DNA from: an uncultured Sphaerobacteraceae bacterium
GTDB lineage: Bacteria > Chloroflexota > Chloroflexia > Thermomicrobiales > UBA6265
Length of the DNA stretch: 64,000 nt
Reading direction: 5' to 3'
NCBI GenBank assembly: GCA_964371945.1
Contig: CAYJPA010000014.1
Coordinates: 6,492 to 70,491 of the forward strand
Position 1 is the stretch's first letter. The number at the start of each line of letters is the position of its first letter. Positions 18,918 through 28,459 of the stretch are shown piece by piece. The notes beneath the pieces were generated by a model. That model ran no database searches. It had not been told where the DNA came from and worked only from the letters and a program-made list of their open reading frames with translations. The translations under genes and the position numbers were made by a program.

Positions 18918-19580
18918 CGTTCCCTGTTTGCTTTGACTTGTGCTGCACATTGGGCAAATCCGATCCTTCCAGAAAGTGAACGTATGCCATGACGTCGTGC
19001 GAAATCCAAACTCCCTGGCTTGTTGGAATCGGTTCCAGAAAATTACCCTCGACATCTAGTATCCAGGCCTCTTCCAAGTATATATCCGCTCGTTGGGGCT
19101 CGGTGGGCCAAACGATTGATTTCCGAAGACGCCTCCGACTGTTCCGGCTCCGTCTTTCAAATGAATACGAACGTATCTTGCTGACTCCTGCCGAAGAACA
19201 TAATCCCAGGCACTCGGCATTCGATCGACATATCCGAGTCCGATCCGATCAAGAATATCTTCTATCGGTTTCAGCGCCGCGATCCTGCCGCTGATCGCTC
19301 CAAGAACAGCTGGAGTAGCGAAGACCACCACGATTGCCCATAAAAAGATCTCCCAGCGGTGCCGAAAAAGCTGAGAATCGAAGTAGTAATTCAAAATTCG
19401 GTTTGACCAAGGAAAGGCAATTACATGAATTGCCACTCCTGCCGTGATCATTGTGACAAGGAGCCGAACGTCGGTCGTTTCCTTCAGGTTCGCGATCGAA
19501 AAACGTGCGAACTGAAAGAAGATGACGCCTGGAGAAACCAAGAACACTAGGATGATGACCGCTTCGACGGAGGTTGGCAT
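18892..19580 (-). pseudogene. DUF6338-like membrane protein split by a 1-nt frameshift near 19107 (pseudogene or sequence error)
   Basis: N-part has TM helices, PSAWDYV and VRIHLKDG..GGVFGNQSFG; it continues in the -1 frame as TEPQRADIYLEEAWILDVEGNF..GVWIS. Confidence 0.75.
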
Positions 19581-19770
19581 TCCCAGTCTTTCCCGCGTTC
19601 AAGACGCACACGAGCCAAATGGACCAGGCTGTCCGAAGCTCTTCACACTCGCTGAATGCCAGCAATTATACTGCAAGCTTAGCTGCGATCTATTGATCCG
19701 TGGCCCACAATTCTCAATACTCGCGGCGCTGGTTGATGACCGACGACCACAGCCCGAGACCACGGATGTT

Positions 19771-19816
19771 GAAAGAAAATAGCCGGTGCGGATGTCCGCA
19801 CCGGCTATTTTCTTTC
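19771..19816. terminator. Intrinsic terminator with A/T tracts on both sides, downstream of amtB and the small peptide
   Basis: GAAAGAAAATAGCCGGTGCGGA-TG-TCCGCACCGGCTATTTTCTTTC, perfect 22-bp inverted repeat. Confidence 0.85.
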
Positions 19817-19833
19817 GGTGACCGAGGGAAGTT

Positions 19834-19965
19834 CTACGCGGCGGCCTCATTGAGTTGGAGAGCAGGCGCCGTTGCTGCGCTTGGTGCAACCTTTCCCTTG
19901 CTCACGGGCGCCAGCAGCCAGCCGGCAATAAGAACTGCGAACAGCACGAATGCGAACAGGATCAT
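19834..19965 (-). CDS. 43-aa single-pass membrane small protein
   Basis: GGAGG 8 nt before ATG; MILFAFVLFAVLIAGWLLAPVSKGKVAPSAATAPALQLNEAAA; lies between the amtB stop and the terminator. Confidence 0.7.
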   Translation of the reverse strand: MILFAFVLFAVLIAGWLLAPVSKGKVAPSAATAPALQLNEAAA

Positions 19966-20015
19966 CTCGAGCACCTCCGTTGATTGATACGACCGGTTGA
20001 CAGCAGCCAAAACTT

Positions 20016-21248
20016 CTACAGCTGGTACGCGAGCTCGCCGTGCTGGGTCGGATCGAGACCAAGGACCTCTTCGTCCTCCGGAACCCGAAGTCCGATCACG
20101 ATGTCAACGACTTTCAAGATGACGAACGTTGCGGCGGCCGCGAATGCGGCGACAACGAGAACCGTGACAATCTGTTTCACGAATTGATCGAACCCGCCGT
20201 AAATCAGGCCGTCCTCGCCGATTCCATTGATCGAGGTTTTGGCGAAGATTCCGGTCGCAATCGATCCCCAGATACCGCCTACACCGTGGACAGCGAAGAC
20301 ATCGAGCGCGTCGTCGACCTGGAGCTTCTCTTTGAGCAGCTCGATCGCGAAGAAGCAGAAGACGCCAGCGCCAAAGCCGATCGCGATTGCGGATGCCGGA
20401 CTTACGAATCCGGCCGCGGGCGTAATTCCGACCAGGCCGGCGACCGCGCCAGCGGCGGCCCCGAGCACGCTCGGATGTCCATGCCGAATCCAGCTGACCG
20501 TCATCCACGTTAGCGCGCCCATCGCGGCCGCGGTATTGGTGACCACAAAGGCATTCGCGGCGAGTGCGTTCGCGCCGAGAGCGCTACCCGCGTTGAATCC
20601 GAACCATCCGAACCAGAGTAGCCCGGCGCCGAGCACGGTCATCGTCAGGTCGTGCGGCTCCATTTTTTCCTTGCCGAACCCGACTCGTTTACCGAGCATC
20701 AACGCGGCGACGAGCGCGGAGACGCCCGAAGTGATGTGAACAACCGTGCCCCCGGCAAAGTCCATCGCGCCGTAATCGCGAATCCAGCCGCCGACTCCCC
20801 AGACCCAGTGAGCGACCGGGGCATAGACTAGAGTGGCCCAAAGCAGGGTGAAGACAACGAACGCCTTAAATCGCTTTCGTTCCGCGAAGGCGCCGGTGAT
20901 CAACGCCGGAGTAATAACAGCGAACGCCAGTTGAAAGACCGCGAACGCCGAATGCGGAATTGTTGCGGCGTAATCGGCATTGGGCAACGCCCCGACATTT
21001 TTGAACCCGATCCAGTCAAGGTTGCCGATGATGCCGCCTTTGTCCGGACCAAACGCGAGCGTGTAGCCCCAAAGAACCCACTGGACGCTGATCAGGGCGA
21101 GGATGAAGAAACTGTGCATGATCGTCGCGAGCACATTCTTGCGACGAACCAGTCCTCCATAGAAAAAACCAAGCGCCGGAGTCATCAGGATCACGAATGC
21201 TGCCGACGTCAGAACCCATGCTGTGTCGCCTGAATTGATCGCCTCCAC
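20016..21248 (-). CDS. amtB: Ammonium transporter
   Basis: GDTAWVL, FFYGGLVRRKN, DFAGGTVVH, LWFGWFGFNAGS, DDALDVFAVHG and GLDPTQHGELAY; AGGAGG then GTG at 21248. Confidence 0.97.
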   Translation of the reverse strand: MEAINSGDTAWVLTSAAFVILMTPALGFFYGGLVRRKNVLATIMHSFFILALISVQWVLWGYTLAFGPDKGGIIGNLDWIGFKNVGALPNADYAATIPHSAFAVFQLAFAVITPALITGAFAERKRFKAFVVFTLLWATLVYAPVAHWVWGVGGWIRDYGAMDFAGGTVVHITSGVSALVAALMLGKRVGFGKEKMEPHDLTMTVLGAGLLWFGWFGFNAGSALGANALAANAFVVTNTAAAMGALTWMTVSWIRHGHPSVLGAAAGAVAGLVGITPAAGFVSPASAIAIGFGAGVFCFFAIELLKEKLQVDDALDVFAVHGVGGIWGSIATGIFAKTSINGIGEDGLIYGGFDQFVKQIVTVLVVAAFAAAATFVILKVVDIVIGLRVPEDEEVLGLDPTQHGELAYQL

Positions 21249-21538
21249 TCCGCAACGCCTCCTTCGCGAAACAAACATAGTCCTGGTCTGCTGGGGATGA
21301 GTCTACGTAGCCGCTCAAACCATGAACACGTGCATGAGATCGAAATTCCCGCGGTTGAATTGGTTAATGTGCACAGTTCGGGAAAATCTCCGCCTCGGTG
21401 CACTCCAGTGACGTCAAATCTGCCATTTCACATGCTCGAATGTCCCGATTCCGGTCCGTGCAGTTACCGTTTCGACGAGTCGCGCGTCATACAGTGCAGC
21501 GATGGTCGCGAGAACGAGTCAAAAAACCTGGACGATCA

Positions 21539-22093
21539 GTGCCGGATGACCACAAACTAACGACTGACAACGAACTGGTGCGGTTCGCGCTCCACGACCG
21601 GGAGCATTTCGGCGTGCTCTATGACCATTACGCGGTGCGCGTCTATAGGTTCTGCTATCGCCGGCTCGGGAGTCGGGACGAGGCTGAGGATGCGACAAGC
21701 GCGGTATTCATGCGGACACTCGAGCGCCTCCCTTCATTTCGAGACGGCTCCTTTCCGGCGTGGCTTTTCTCGATCGCCCGGACAACAGTCGCCGATCGCC
21801 ATCGAGCCCGTTTCATCGACCCGTTGCCCGCTTCTCACGATTCACTCGACCCCGATCCGTCGCCGCTTGAGTTGGCGATCGCAAGTGACCAGGCGCGTTC
21901 ACTTCGATCTCTGATGGACGCACTGCCACGCGATCAATTCGAAGTGATTGAGCTTCGTCTTGCCGGCTTAACCGGAGCCGAGATCGCGGAGGCAATGGGG
22001 CGGAGCGTGCCCGCCGTCAAGATGCTGCAACTTCGCGCAATGAAGCGGCTGCGAGAAGTCGCCATGCACAATTCACCGGAGGGACCACAATGA
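21539..22093 (+). CDS. ECF-type RNA polymerase sigma factor
   Basis: FGVLYDHY..VYRFCYRRL..AEDATSAVF, FPAWLFSIAR, and region-4 EIAEAMGRSVPAVK; start uncertain. Confidence 0.9.
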   Translation: MPDDHKLTTDNELVRFALHDREHFGVLYDHYAVRVYRFCYRRLGSRDEAEDATSAVFMRTLERLPSFRDGSFPAWLFSIARTTVADRHRARFIDPLPASHDSLDPDPSPLELAIASDQARSLRSLMDALPRDQFEVIELRLAGLTGAEIAEAMGRSVPAVKMLQLRAMKRLREVAMHNSPEGPQ

Positions 22094-22554
22094 GCACGCC
22101 CGCACATGAAGCCGATCGTTTGAACGATCTCTGGGACGCCCTCGCGAAATCGAACGATCCTGTGGTTGAGACAAGCGCTTCGCTGCTCGGCCTGCAGATG
22201 TTGCTCGCGGCTGATGCCGAAACCCCACCGCCCAGTTCTGAATTCCTGGCGTCTCTCCGGCAGTCATTGACCGCGGCCCCGCCACTGGGCCGCTGGACCT
22301 CACGAAGTCAACGCTCGCTGGGGATCGTCGCCTATCCGTTCGCGCCAAGCCGGAACGGGAATCACCTGTCGAAGCAGGCGATTCTCTTCGCGATTGCCGC
22401 TATCCTCGCGATCGCGATTCTCGGCACCGGTTTCACTCTTCGAGCAGGAGGGAGGCCGGAGATCGGATTGCCCACCGCCCAGGCAAGCGCTCTTGCCGCG
22501 ACTTCGACTCCGGTCGCGTTTCCGACCGAAATCGTCCGGCGAACGGACCGCTGA
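22090..22554 (+). CDS. Putative membrane-anchored anti-sigma factor
   Basis: ATGA overlap with the sigma gene; PPPSSEFLASLRQ followed by one TM segment (ILFAIAAILAIAILG). Confidence 0.6.
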   Translation: MSTPAHEADRLNDLWDALAKSNDPVVETSASLLGLQMLLAADAETPPPSSEFLASLRQSLTAAPPLGRWTSRSQRSLGIVAYPFAPSRNGNHLSKQAILFAIAAILAIAILGTGFTLRAGGRPEIGLPTAQASALAATSTPVAFPTEIVRRTDR

Positions 22555-22700
22555 ATGCGCGAACCGCGACAACCAAAAGAAGGTAACCGCCGCGCACGTT
22601 CGCTCCCCCTGGTAACGAGTCACATCGTATACTCGGATAATCCTTGCTGCGCTCTCTTTCGGCCGTGGTCAGGCTTGCAGTTCAGAGGTGTGAGAACCGC

Positions 22701-25289
22701 GTGACCGATCGAGAACCCCCAGCTCGCGCGAAACGCCCCGTTGTGGCGCATCGCCCGGGTAGCCCAAGTGAAAGCTCCACCGAATCCGGGGTCGAAGAGT
22801 CGACCCCGGCGCACCGGCCGGTCGCACCTCGAAAGTCCCGACGACGGGGTCGGACAGTGGTGGATGCGCAGTCGGGCCCACTTGAATCAAGTGCGCTCGC
22901 TGAACGTCAATCCTTCGAGTCAGAAACACTCGTTGCGGCCGGGCAGAGACCTCCGAGAACTGGAATCAGCTACGAGGCGGGACTCTACATCTTGTTCATC
23001 GTGGTTGCCTTTCTGACCCGGTTCTGGAACCTGGGATTCAAAGCGCTCCATCACGATGAGAGCCTACACGCCTACTATTCGTGGGTTTTCGAAACAGGCG
23101 GCGACTATCGGCATCATCCATTGATGCACGGTCCGTTCCTGTTTCACGCGAATGCACTGGTCTATCTCTTGTTCGGCGATTCCGATGCATCGAGCCGCTA
23201 TATGCCGGCATTTTTCGGCGTCATCCTTGTCGCGCTTCCGTATCTCCTCCGGTCACCGAGGTTGCTCGGACGCTGGGGCGCAATCTCAGCTTCCTTTTTG
23301 TTCCTGATCTCTCCTGTGCTTCTCTACCAAAGCAGATATATCCGCCACGACATATACACGGTTGTTGGGACGCTTCTGCTCTTCACCGCGATTGTGCGGT
23401 ATTGGGAAACCCCGGAACGCCGCTGGCTCGTCATCGGCGCCGGCACGATCGCCTTCCTACTCACCAACCACGAGATCGTCTTCGCAATCGTCGCGATCTT
23501 TGGCGGCTACCTCTATGGCGCTCTTGTGATTAGTCGCAGCCGCGCCTGGTGGCCGGAACGACGCCCAATTGTCCTCCAGGTGCTGGGACTTCACGTCGCG
23601 GCGCTCTTGCTGGTTTTGGGCGTGATTGCATTCATGCCGACCGGATACAAAGACCGGATCTTCGATATTCCCTGGGAAGACCCAACCACCCAGCAGCAAA
23701 CCGGCTACTACCAGGATTTGTTGACCAACCCGCTGGTGCTGAGCGTCATCGCCGTCTTGGTGGCGTTCGTCGTTGGTATGTGGACAGTGCTCAGCACCGT
23801 CCGGGATGTCGAGCAAGGGGAAGAGGGTTGGCTGCCGGCACTGTTTGGAGAACCGTCGGCCCAAACGGTCGAGTCTGGCATTCGCAATGCCTGGGCGGAC
23901 AAAACGGGTCTGACGATCGCAACCCTGGTCGCGGTTTTCATCTTCGTCACACTCTTCACAAGTCTCTACACCAATCTCTACGGCCTCGTGAGCTCGACGA
24001 TCGCGACCGACGGCACGCTGCTGTACTGGCTCGGTCAGCACGATGTGCGGCGCGGAGAGCAGCCCTGGTTTTACTTCATGCTGCTGCTTCCCCAATATGA
24101 GTTTTTCGCCGTGGTCTTCGGTATTCCAATGGCCGCAATCACCGTGGTTCGAGTGATCGGGAACGTGAACGGCAGGCTCGATTCCGGGAAGAACTTGTTC
24201 GTCCGGTTCATGATCACCGTCTGGCTGGCAGGAGTTTTCGTTGCGCTTTCGCTGGCCGGCGAAAAGATGCCCTGGCTACTGGCCCATATCGCGTTGCCGG
24301 CAACCTTGCTTGCGGCGATCTTCATCGGCGGATTGATCGAGCATATTGCAGCGGCTAGGCAAGATCATGTTCGCGGTAGATTGGGAGCTCGCTGGTTCGA
24401 TTGGCCGGACCGGGCGCTCGTCGCGCTCCTGCTCTCCGCCGCGTCCTGTTGGTTTTTCCTAGCGGGTTCGCTCAGCCGCGGCCGCTTTCCGGAACCCCGT
24501 CAAGCAGGCGGATGGACACGGACGATTACGTCATTCGCCGCCGATCACTGGTGGTGGTTGGCGATCCCACCGGTCGCCGGAATCGCGGCAATCGTCGTGG
24601 CGACGATGGTTCGTGGAAGCAAGCGATCTGGCCTGGCAGCGCTCTCTGCTGCCACGATCATTCTCATGCTCCTGCAGATTCACACGGGTTGGCGTCTGTC
24701 GTACGTAAGCCCTGATGTACCCACTGAGATGATGATCTACACCCAAACCTCGCCAGATGTCACCAGAATCGTCGGTGAGCTCTCTGAGCTTTCATATGAG
24801 CTCACGGGAAATGACGGCATCGAAGTCTGGTACGACAGCGGGGTCTCCTGGCCGATGCAGTGGTATCTCCGCAACTTCCCAAACAAGCGTTTCGTCGGGA
24901 GCTCGATCAGCGGTCCACCTGACGACGTTCCGATTTTGATTATCTCTACTCAGTACGAGGCGAATTTTGACGACTACCTTTCGGGATATAGCTCAACCGA
25001 ATACGTGCTGCGTTGGTGGTTCCCGGAGGATATCTACCGGGACTTCGCAATCGCGCCAGAGATTCCGCCGGGACGCTCGGCATGGAAGTCGAAAGACGAT
25101 CCACATGGAATCATCGACATTGCTGGATCGATCGCCGATACGATCGAAAACGATCTCTCACCAGAAGGGCAGGCACGGCTCTACCGGTTGCTGCTCTATC
25201 GAGATCTCGAGCAGCCGTTGGGCCAATACAACTTCAAGGTCTATATCCGGAACGACTTGATTCCCGTTTTGAACGCGATTCGATATTGA
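22701..25289 (+). CDS. TIGR03663-like GT-C (PMT-like) membrane glycosyltransferase
   Basis: RFWNLG..LHHDESLH, MHGPFLFH, SRYIRHD, YWLGQHDVRRGEQPWFYF, GEKMPWL and YTQTS; many TM segments. Confidence 0.8.
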   Translation: MTDREPPARAKRPVVAHRPGSPSESSTESGVEESTPAHRPVAPRKSRRRGRTVVDAQSGPLESSALAERQSFESETLVAAGQRPPRTGISYEAGLYILFIVVAFLTRFWNLGFKALHHDESLHAYYSWVFETGGDYRHHPLMHGPFLFHANALVYLLFGDSDASSRYMPAFFGVILVALPYLLRSPRLLGRWGAISASFLFLISPVLLYQSRYIRHDIYTVVGTLLLFTAIVRYWETPERRWLVIGAGTIAFLLTNHEIVFAIVAIFGGYLYGALVISRSRAWWPERRPIVLQVLGLHVAALLLVLGVIAFMPTGYKDRIFDIPWEDPTTQQQTGYYQDLLTNPLVLSVIAVLVAFVVGMWTVLSTVRDVEQGEEGWLPALFGEPSAQTVESGIRNAWADKTGLTIATLVAVFIFVTLFTSLYTNLYGLVSSTIATDGTLLYWLGQHDVRRGEQPWFYFMLLLPQYEFFAVVFGIPMAAITVVRVIGNVNGRLDSGKNLFVRFMITVWLAGVFVALSLAGEKMPWLLAHIALPATLLAAIFIGGLIEHIAAARQDHVRGRLGARWFDWPDRALVALLLSAASCWFFLAGSLSRGRFPEPRQAGGWTRTITSFAADHWWWLAIPPVAGIAAIVVATMVRGSKRSGLAALSAATIILMLLQIHTGWRLSYVSPDVPTEMMIYTQTSPDVTRIVGELSELSYELTGNDGIEVWYDSGVSWPMQWYLRNFPNKRFVGSSISGPPDDVPILIISTQYEANFDDYLSGYSSTEYVLRWWFPEDIYRDFAIAPEIPPGRSAWKSKDDPHGIIDIAGSIADTIENDLSPEGQARLYRLLLYRDLEQPLGQYNFKVYIRNDLIPVLNAIRY

Positions 25290-25380
25290 CGATAGATACC
25301 GGCCGAAAGCCGGAGTCGAGCAATGTCGCGGGTGTTCTCCCCGCGAATCGAGGGTTGAGATAGTCACTAGAGGCTGAACC

Positions 25381-28300
25381 ATGGCGGAAACCACAATCGG
25401 CGAGCAAAGCCAGCGGACACCGTTCCTTGAGCGAACGGTCAATCTGACGACCATTTCATGGACGACCATCGCCTGGATTGCGGTCGTTGTCGTCGCGGTT
25501 GCGTTCCGGTTGCCAGATCTTGGTCACCACGCGCTTTCGATCTCTGAATCGCAACTCGCGGACAGTGGCTACCGTTTCTATTCGGGGCATACCACCGGTC
25601 CGGGGAACGACCTTTCTAACGTCGGACCCGTGGCGCTGATTTTGGAAGCATTTGCGTTCTTCTTGTTCGGAGCTTCAGACATTTCGGCGAGAATCGTTCC
25701 AGCGTTACTCGGAATCGCCATGATTCCAATGGTGCTGGGACTTCGACCCGCGATCGGCAACACACGAGCGTTGGGCGCGGCATCTCTGCTCGCCCTGTCT
25801 CCGATCGCTGTTTACACATCCCGCATCGCCACTCGCGAGATCTTTGTCTCCGCGTTCTCATTGCTCGTTATCGTCGCCTTCGTCAGGTTCGGTCTCGCGG
25901 GCCAGACCGACGACGCTCGACGTCGTTGGGCACTCATCGCCGGTGCCGCACTCGCGGCAACCTTCGGGAGCGGACCAAGTTCGATCAGCGTTGTGATCGC
26001 AATCGGCATCGCGCTCGGCGCAACGACGCTTCTCGATGCAAACCCAGACAACGCGATCCGGAGATCGCTGGCGGCGGCCCGGGAAACCAAGGACTCCGGC
26101 TATTACTTGCTCATCGGTTTTGGCTTCGCACTCTTGACTCTCTTCTCCCGGCTTTTCACCGATTTCACCGCGCTGGCCGGAATTGGAGAAACGGTCGCGG
26201 ATTGGGCGCGTTTGGTCACAACCGCCTCGAGCGCAACGCCCACACAATTCTTTCTGTTGGCCGTGCTCGCGTACGAGATCTTTGCCATCGTCTTCGCGCT
26301 CGTCGCCGCATTTCGGAAGCCGCCTTCCGATCATGGTTCATTGCCGTGGTCCGTCTTCGCGATGTGGTTCGCGGCCGCCCTGTTGCTGTTCAGCTTCAGT
26401 TCCGGCGGGGCCGCTGAGCACGCGATTCATGTTGCGCTGCCAGTTCTCCTTCTTGGCGGCGGCGCACTAGGCGAGGTTATCTCCGACCTCGATCCACGGC
26501 AGATTGTCGGGGGCCGTACCGGTCTCTTGGCGCTTGCGCTCGTCGGTTTCACGATTGCCGCAATCTCAGAGATCGTACTGCTCAGCCGGATCAATGACGC
26601 GGCCGATGACGGACAAGCGGTCTTTGAAGCGATTGCCACGATCGCGCTCGCGGTTGCTCCGCTCGGAATTGGCGTCTATGTTCTGGCCCGAGCAGATCGC
26701 GCGTCCGGTCAGATCGGACGAGCCGGCGCGACAGTGCTCCTGGCCGCCGCCATCTTTTTGGGGGCGTATACCCTGCGTTCGTCGATCATGCTCAGCTTTT
26801 ACAACGCCGGCAAATCGACCGAGCTCCTCGCGCAAAAGACATCAACGCGGGCGGTTGACCAAATTGTCCGCCGGGTCACCAATCTCTCCCGCGACACTAC
26901 ACTGGACGATGGTTCCGCCCGCGATCCTGAAGGGGGCCACGGCCTAACGATCGCGATCGACAGGAGCGTCCAATGGCCCTATCGCTGGTATTTCCGGGAT
27001 TTTCCTGATGCGGAGGTGTGGGCCGTTGGGCAGACGCCGTTGAGTGGAGCTCAAGTTCTGATCGCACCCGACGAAACCGGCATGGCCGAAGCAGGTTATG
27101 GACCCCGAGCATTCCCAACGATCAACCGCGTTCCGTCGACTTATCTCGCGCCTGAATTCGGCACGATATTGCGATCGATCTTCTTTCCTAACAGGTGGGA
27201 GGATGGGGCCCGTTACCTCTTGTTCCGGACAATGTCGACCACCGCGGAGCCCGAAACGGTGACAATAGGCCTCGTGGGTGAACTGGCAAACAGAATCGTT
27301 CCCGACACAGGTCCATTCGGCCTGTACGAAAAAATCGGGGCAGGCAATGGCCGCGGCCAATTCAATCAACCACGGGGCATCGCCGTCTCCCCGGACGGCG
27401 AGCAGATCTTTGTGGTCGATATGGGGAACGCACGAATCGAGTATTTCGACGCGCTCGGAACCTTCATCGATTCATGGGGTGACTCGGACAGCAGCGATCT
27501 CGGCCTTGCCAAGACCGACTCTGGACTCGGACCAACCGGAATTGCCGTTGGTCCAGACGGGTTGATTTATGTCGCGGATACCTGGGATCATCGTGTTGTC
27601 ATACTGGACAATACCGGTCGCATTGTGCGCGAATTCGGCCAGTTTGCCGATACCGCGGATGCCCCGGAGGCCTCCGTCGAACAAGGCAGTTTCTTTGGAC
27701 CGCGGGCGATCGCGATCGCGAACGACGAAATCTATGTGGTCGACACGGGCAATGAGCGTGTTCAGGTCTTTGGGCTGGACGGAACATTCATTCGCGCCTT
27801 CGGCGGCGCGGGATCATTGCCGGATCAGCTTCTGGAGCCGGTAGGCATCGCAATCGATGCAGATGGACGAGTCTTCGTCGCCGACTCCGGCAATGCCCGT
27901 ATAAGTGTCTTCTCCTCGACTGGAGTAGCGCTTGAACAGTGGCCGGTCGACGCCTGGAACGGGAATCAATACTTCGAGCCCTATCTCGCGTTCGACGACG
28001 CGGGGCTGCTCTACGCCTCTTCATCGTCCACCAGTAGTGTCGAGGTTTACGATCCGACGGGTACACTGGTGCTCGCGATCCATCAAGTGGGCGCCGATCA
28101 ACTTGACCAGCCGGTAGGTCTCGCCTGGACGCCTGAAGGATCGCTGCTGATCACGGACAAGGGTCGCAACGCGGTCTTCCGGTACACGCCGATTGTCGAA
28201 AGCGTTCTCCCGGTCGACGACGGGACGGGGAGCCTCGAAGAGGAACTGGCCGCATCGCCAGTGGCCTCGCCGGTCGTCGATGAGGGTATCCCGGAGGAAC

Positions 28301-28443
28301 AATCATCGCCGGCATCTCCCGCGGCATCTCCGATGGCGTCGCCATTCGCATCGCCCGTGGCGTCGCGACGGGCTTCGCCAATCGCATCGCCAACCGGTTC
28401 TCCAACTCCGAGACCGACGTCAACACCAATCGGCAACGGTTAA
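25381..28443 (+). CDS. Degenerate TIGR03663/GT-C-like membrane protein fused to an NHL beta-propeller and a Ser/Pro-rich tail
   Basis: N-terminal half paralogous to the upstream gene; NHL repeats (QFNQPRGIAV, IYVADTWDHRV, FFGPRAIA, VFVADSGNARI); SPxASP repeats at the C-terminus. Confidence 0.8.
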   Translation: MAETTIGEQSQRTPFLERTVNLTTISWTTIAWIAVVVVAVAFRLPDLGHHALSISESQLADSGYRFYSGHTTGPGNDLSNVGPVALILEAFAFFLFGASDISARIVPALLGIAMIPMVLGLRPAIGNTRALGAASLLALSPIAVYTSRIATREIFVSAFSLLVIVAFVRFGLAGQTDDARRRWALIAGAALAATFGSGPSSISVVIAIGIALGATTLLDANPDNAIRRSLAAARETKDSGYYLLIGFGFALLTLFSRLFTDFTALAGIGETVADWARLVTTASSATPTQFFLLAVLAYEIFAIVFALVAAFRKPPSDHGSLPWSVFAMWFAAALLLFSFSSGGAAEHAIHVALPVLLLGGGALGEVISDLDPRQIVGGRTGLLALALVGFTIAAISEIVLLSRINDAADDGQAVFEAIATIALAVAPLGIGVYVLARADRASGQIGRAGATVLLAAAIFLGAYTLRSSIMLSFYNAGKSTELLAQKTSTRAVDQIVRRVTNLSRDTTLDDGSARDPEGGHGLTIAIDRSVQWPYRWYFRDFPDAEVWAVGQTPLSGAQVLIAPDETGMAEAGYGPRAFPTINRVPSTYLAPEFGTILRSIFFPNRWEDGARYLLFRTMSTTAEPETVTIGLVGELANRIVPDTGPFGLYEKIGAGNGRGQFNQPRGIAVSPDGEQIFVVDMGNARIEYFDALGTFIDSWGDSDSSDLGLAKTDSGLGPTGIAVGPDGLIYVADTWDHRVVILDNTGRIVREFGQFADTADAPEASVEQGSFFGPRAIAIANDEIYVVDTGNERVQVFGLDGTFIRAFGGAGSLPDQLLEPVGIAIDADGRVFVADSGNARISVFSSTGVALEQWPVDAWNGNQYFEPYLAFDDAGLLYASSSSTSSVEVYDPTGTLVLAIHQVGADQLDQPVGLAWTPEGSLLITDKGRNAVFRYTPIVESVLPVDDGTGSLEEELAASPVASPVVDEGIPEEQSSPASPAASPMASPFASPVASRRASPIASPTGSPTPRPTSTPIGNG
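28250..28440 (+). repeat. Low-complexity tandem ASPx coding repeat
   Basis: Encodes ASPVASPV...SPASPAASPMASPFASPVAS..ASPIASPTGSPTPRPTSTP. Confidence 0.7.
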
Positions 28444-28459
28444 TTGAGGAGGGACGGCA

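Noticed and set aside
21279-21540. Search for GlnR/TnrA/NtrC boxes or a glutamine riboswitch upstream of amtB
   Set aside because: Only short palindromes (TGTGCACA, TGACGTCA); no convincing consensus.
28250-28440. Periodic GCATCGCC-like DNA repeats as a possible array
   Set aside because: They are the coding ASPx peptide repeat; no spacer structure or cas genes.
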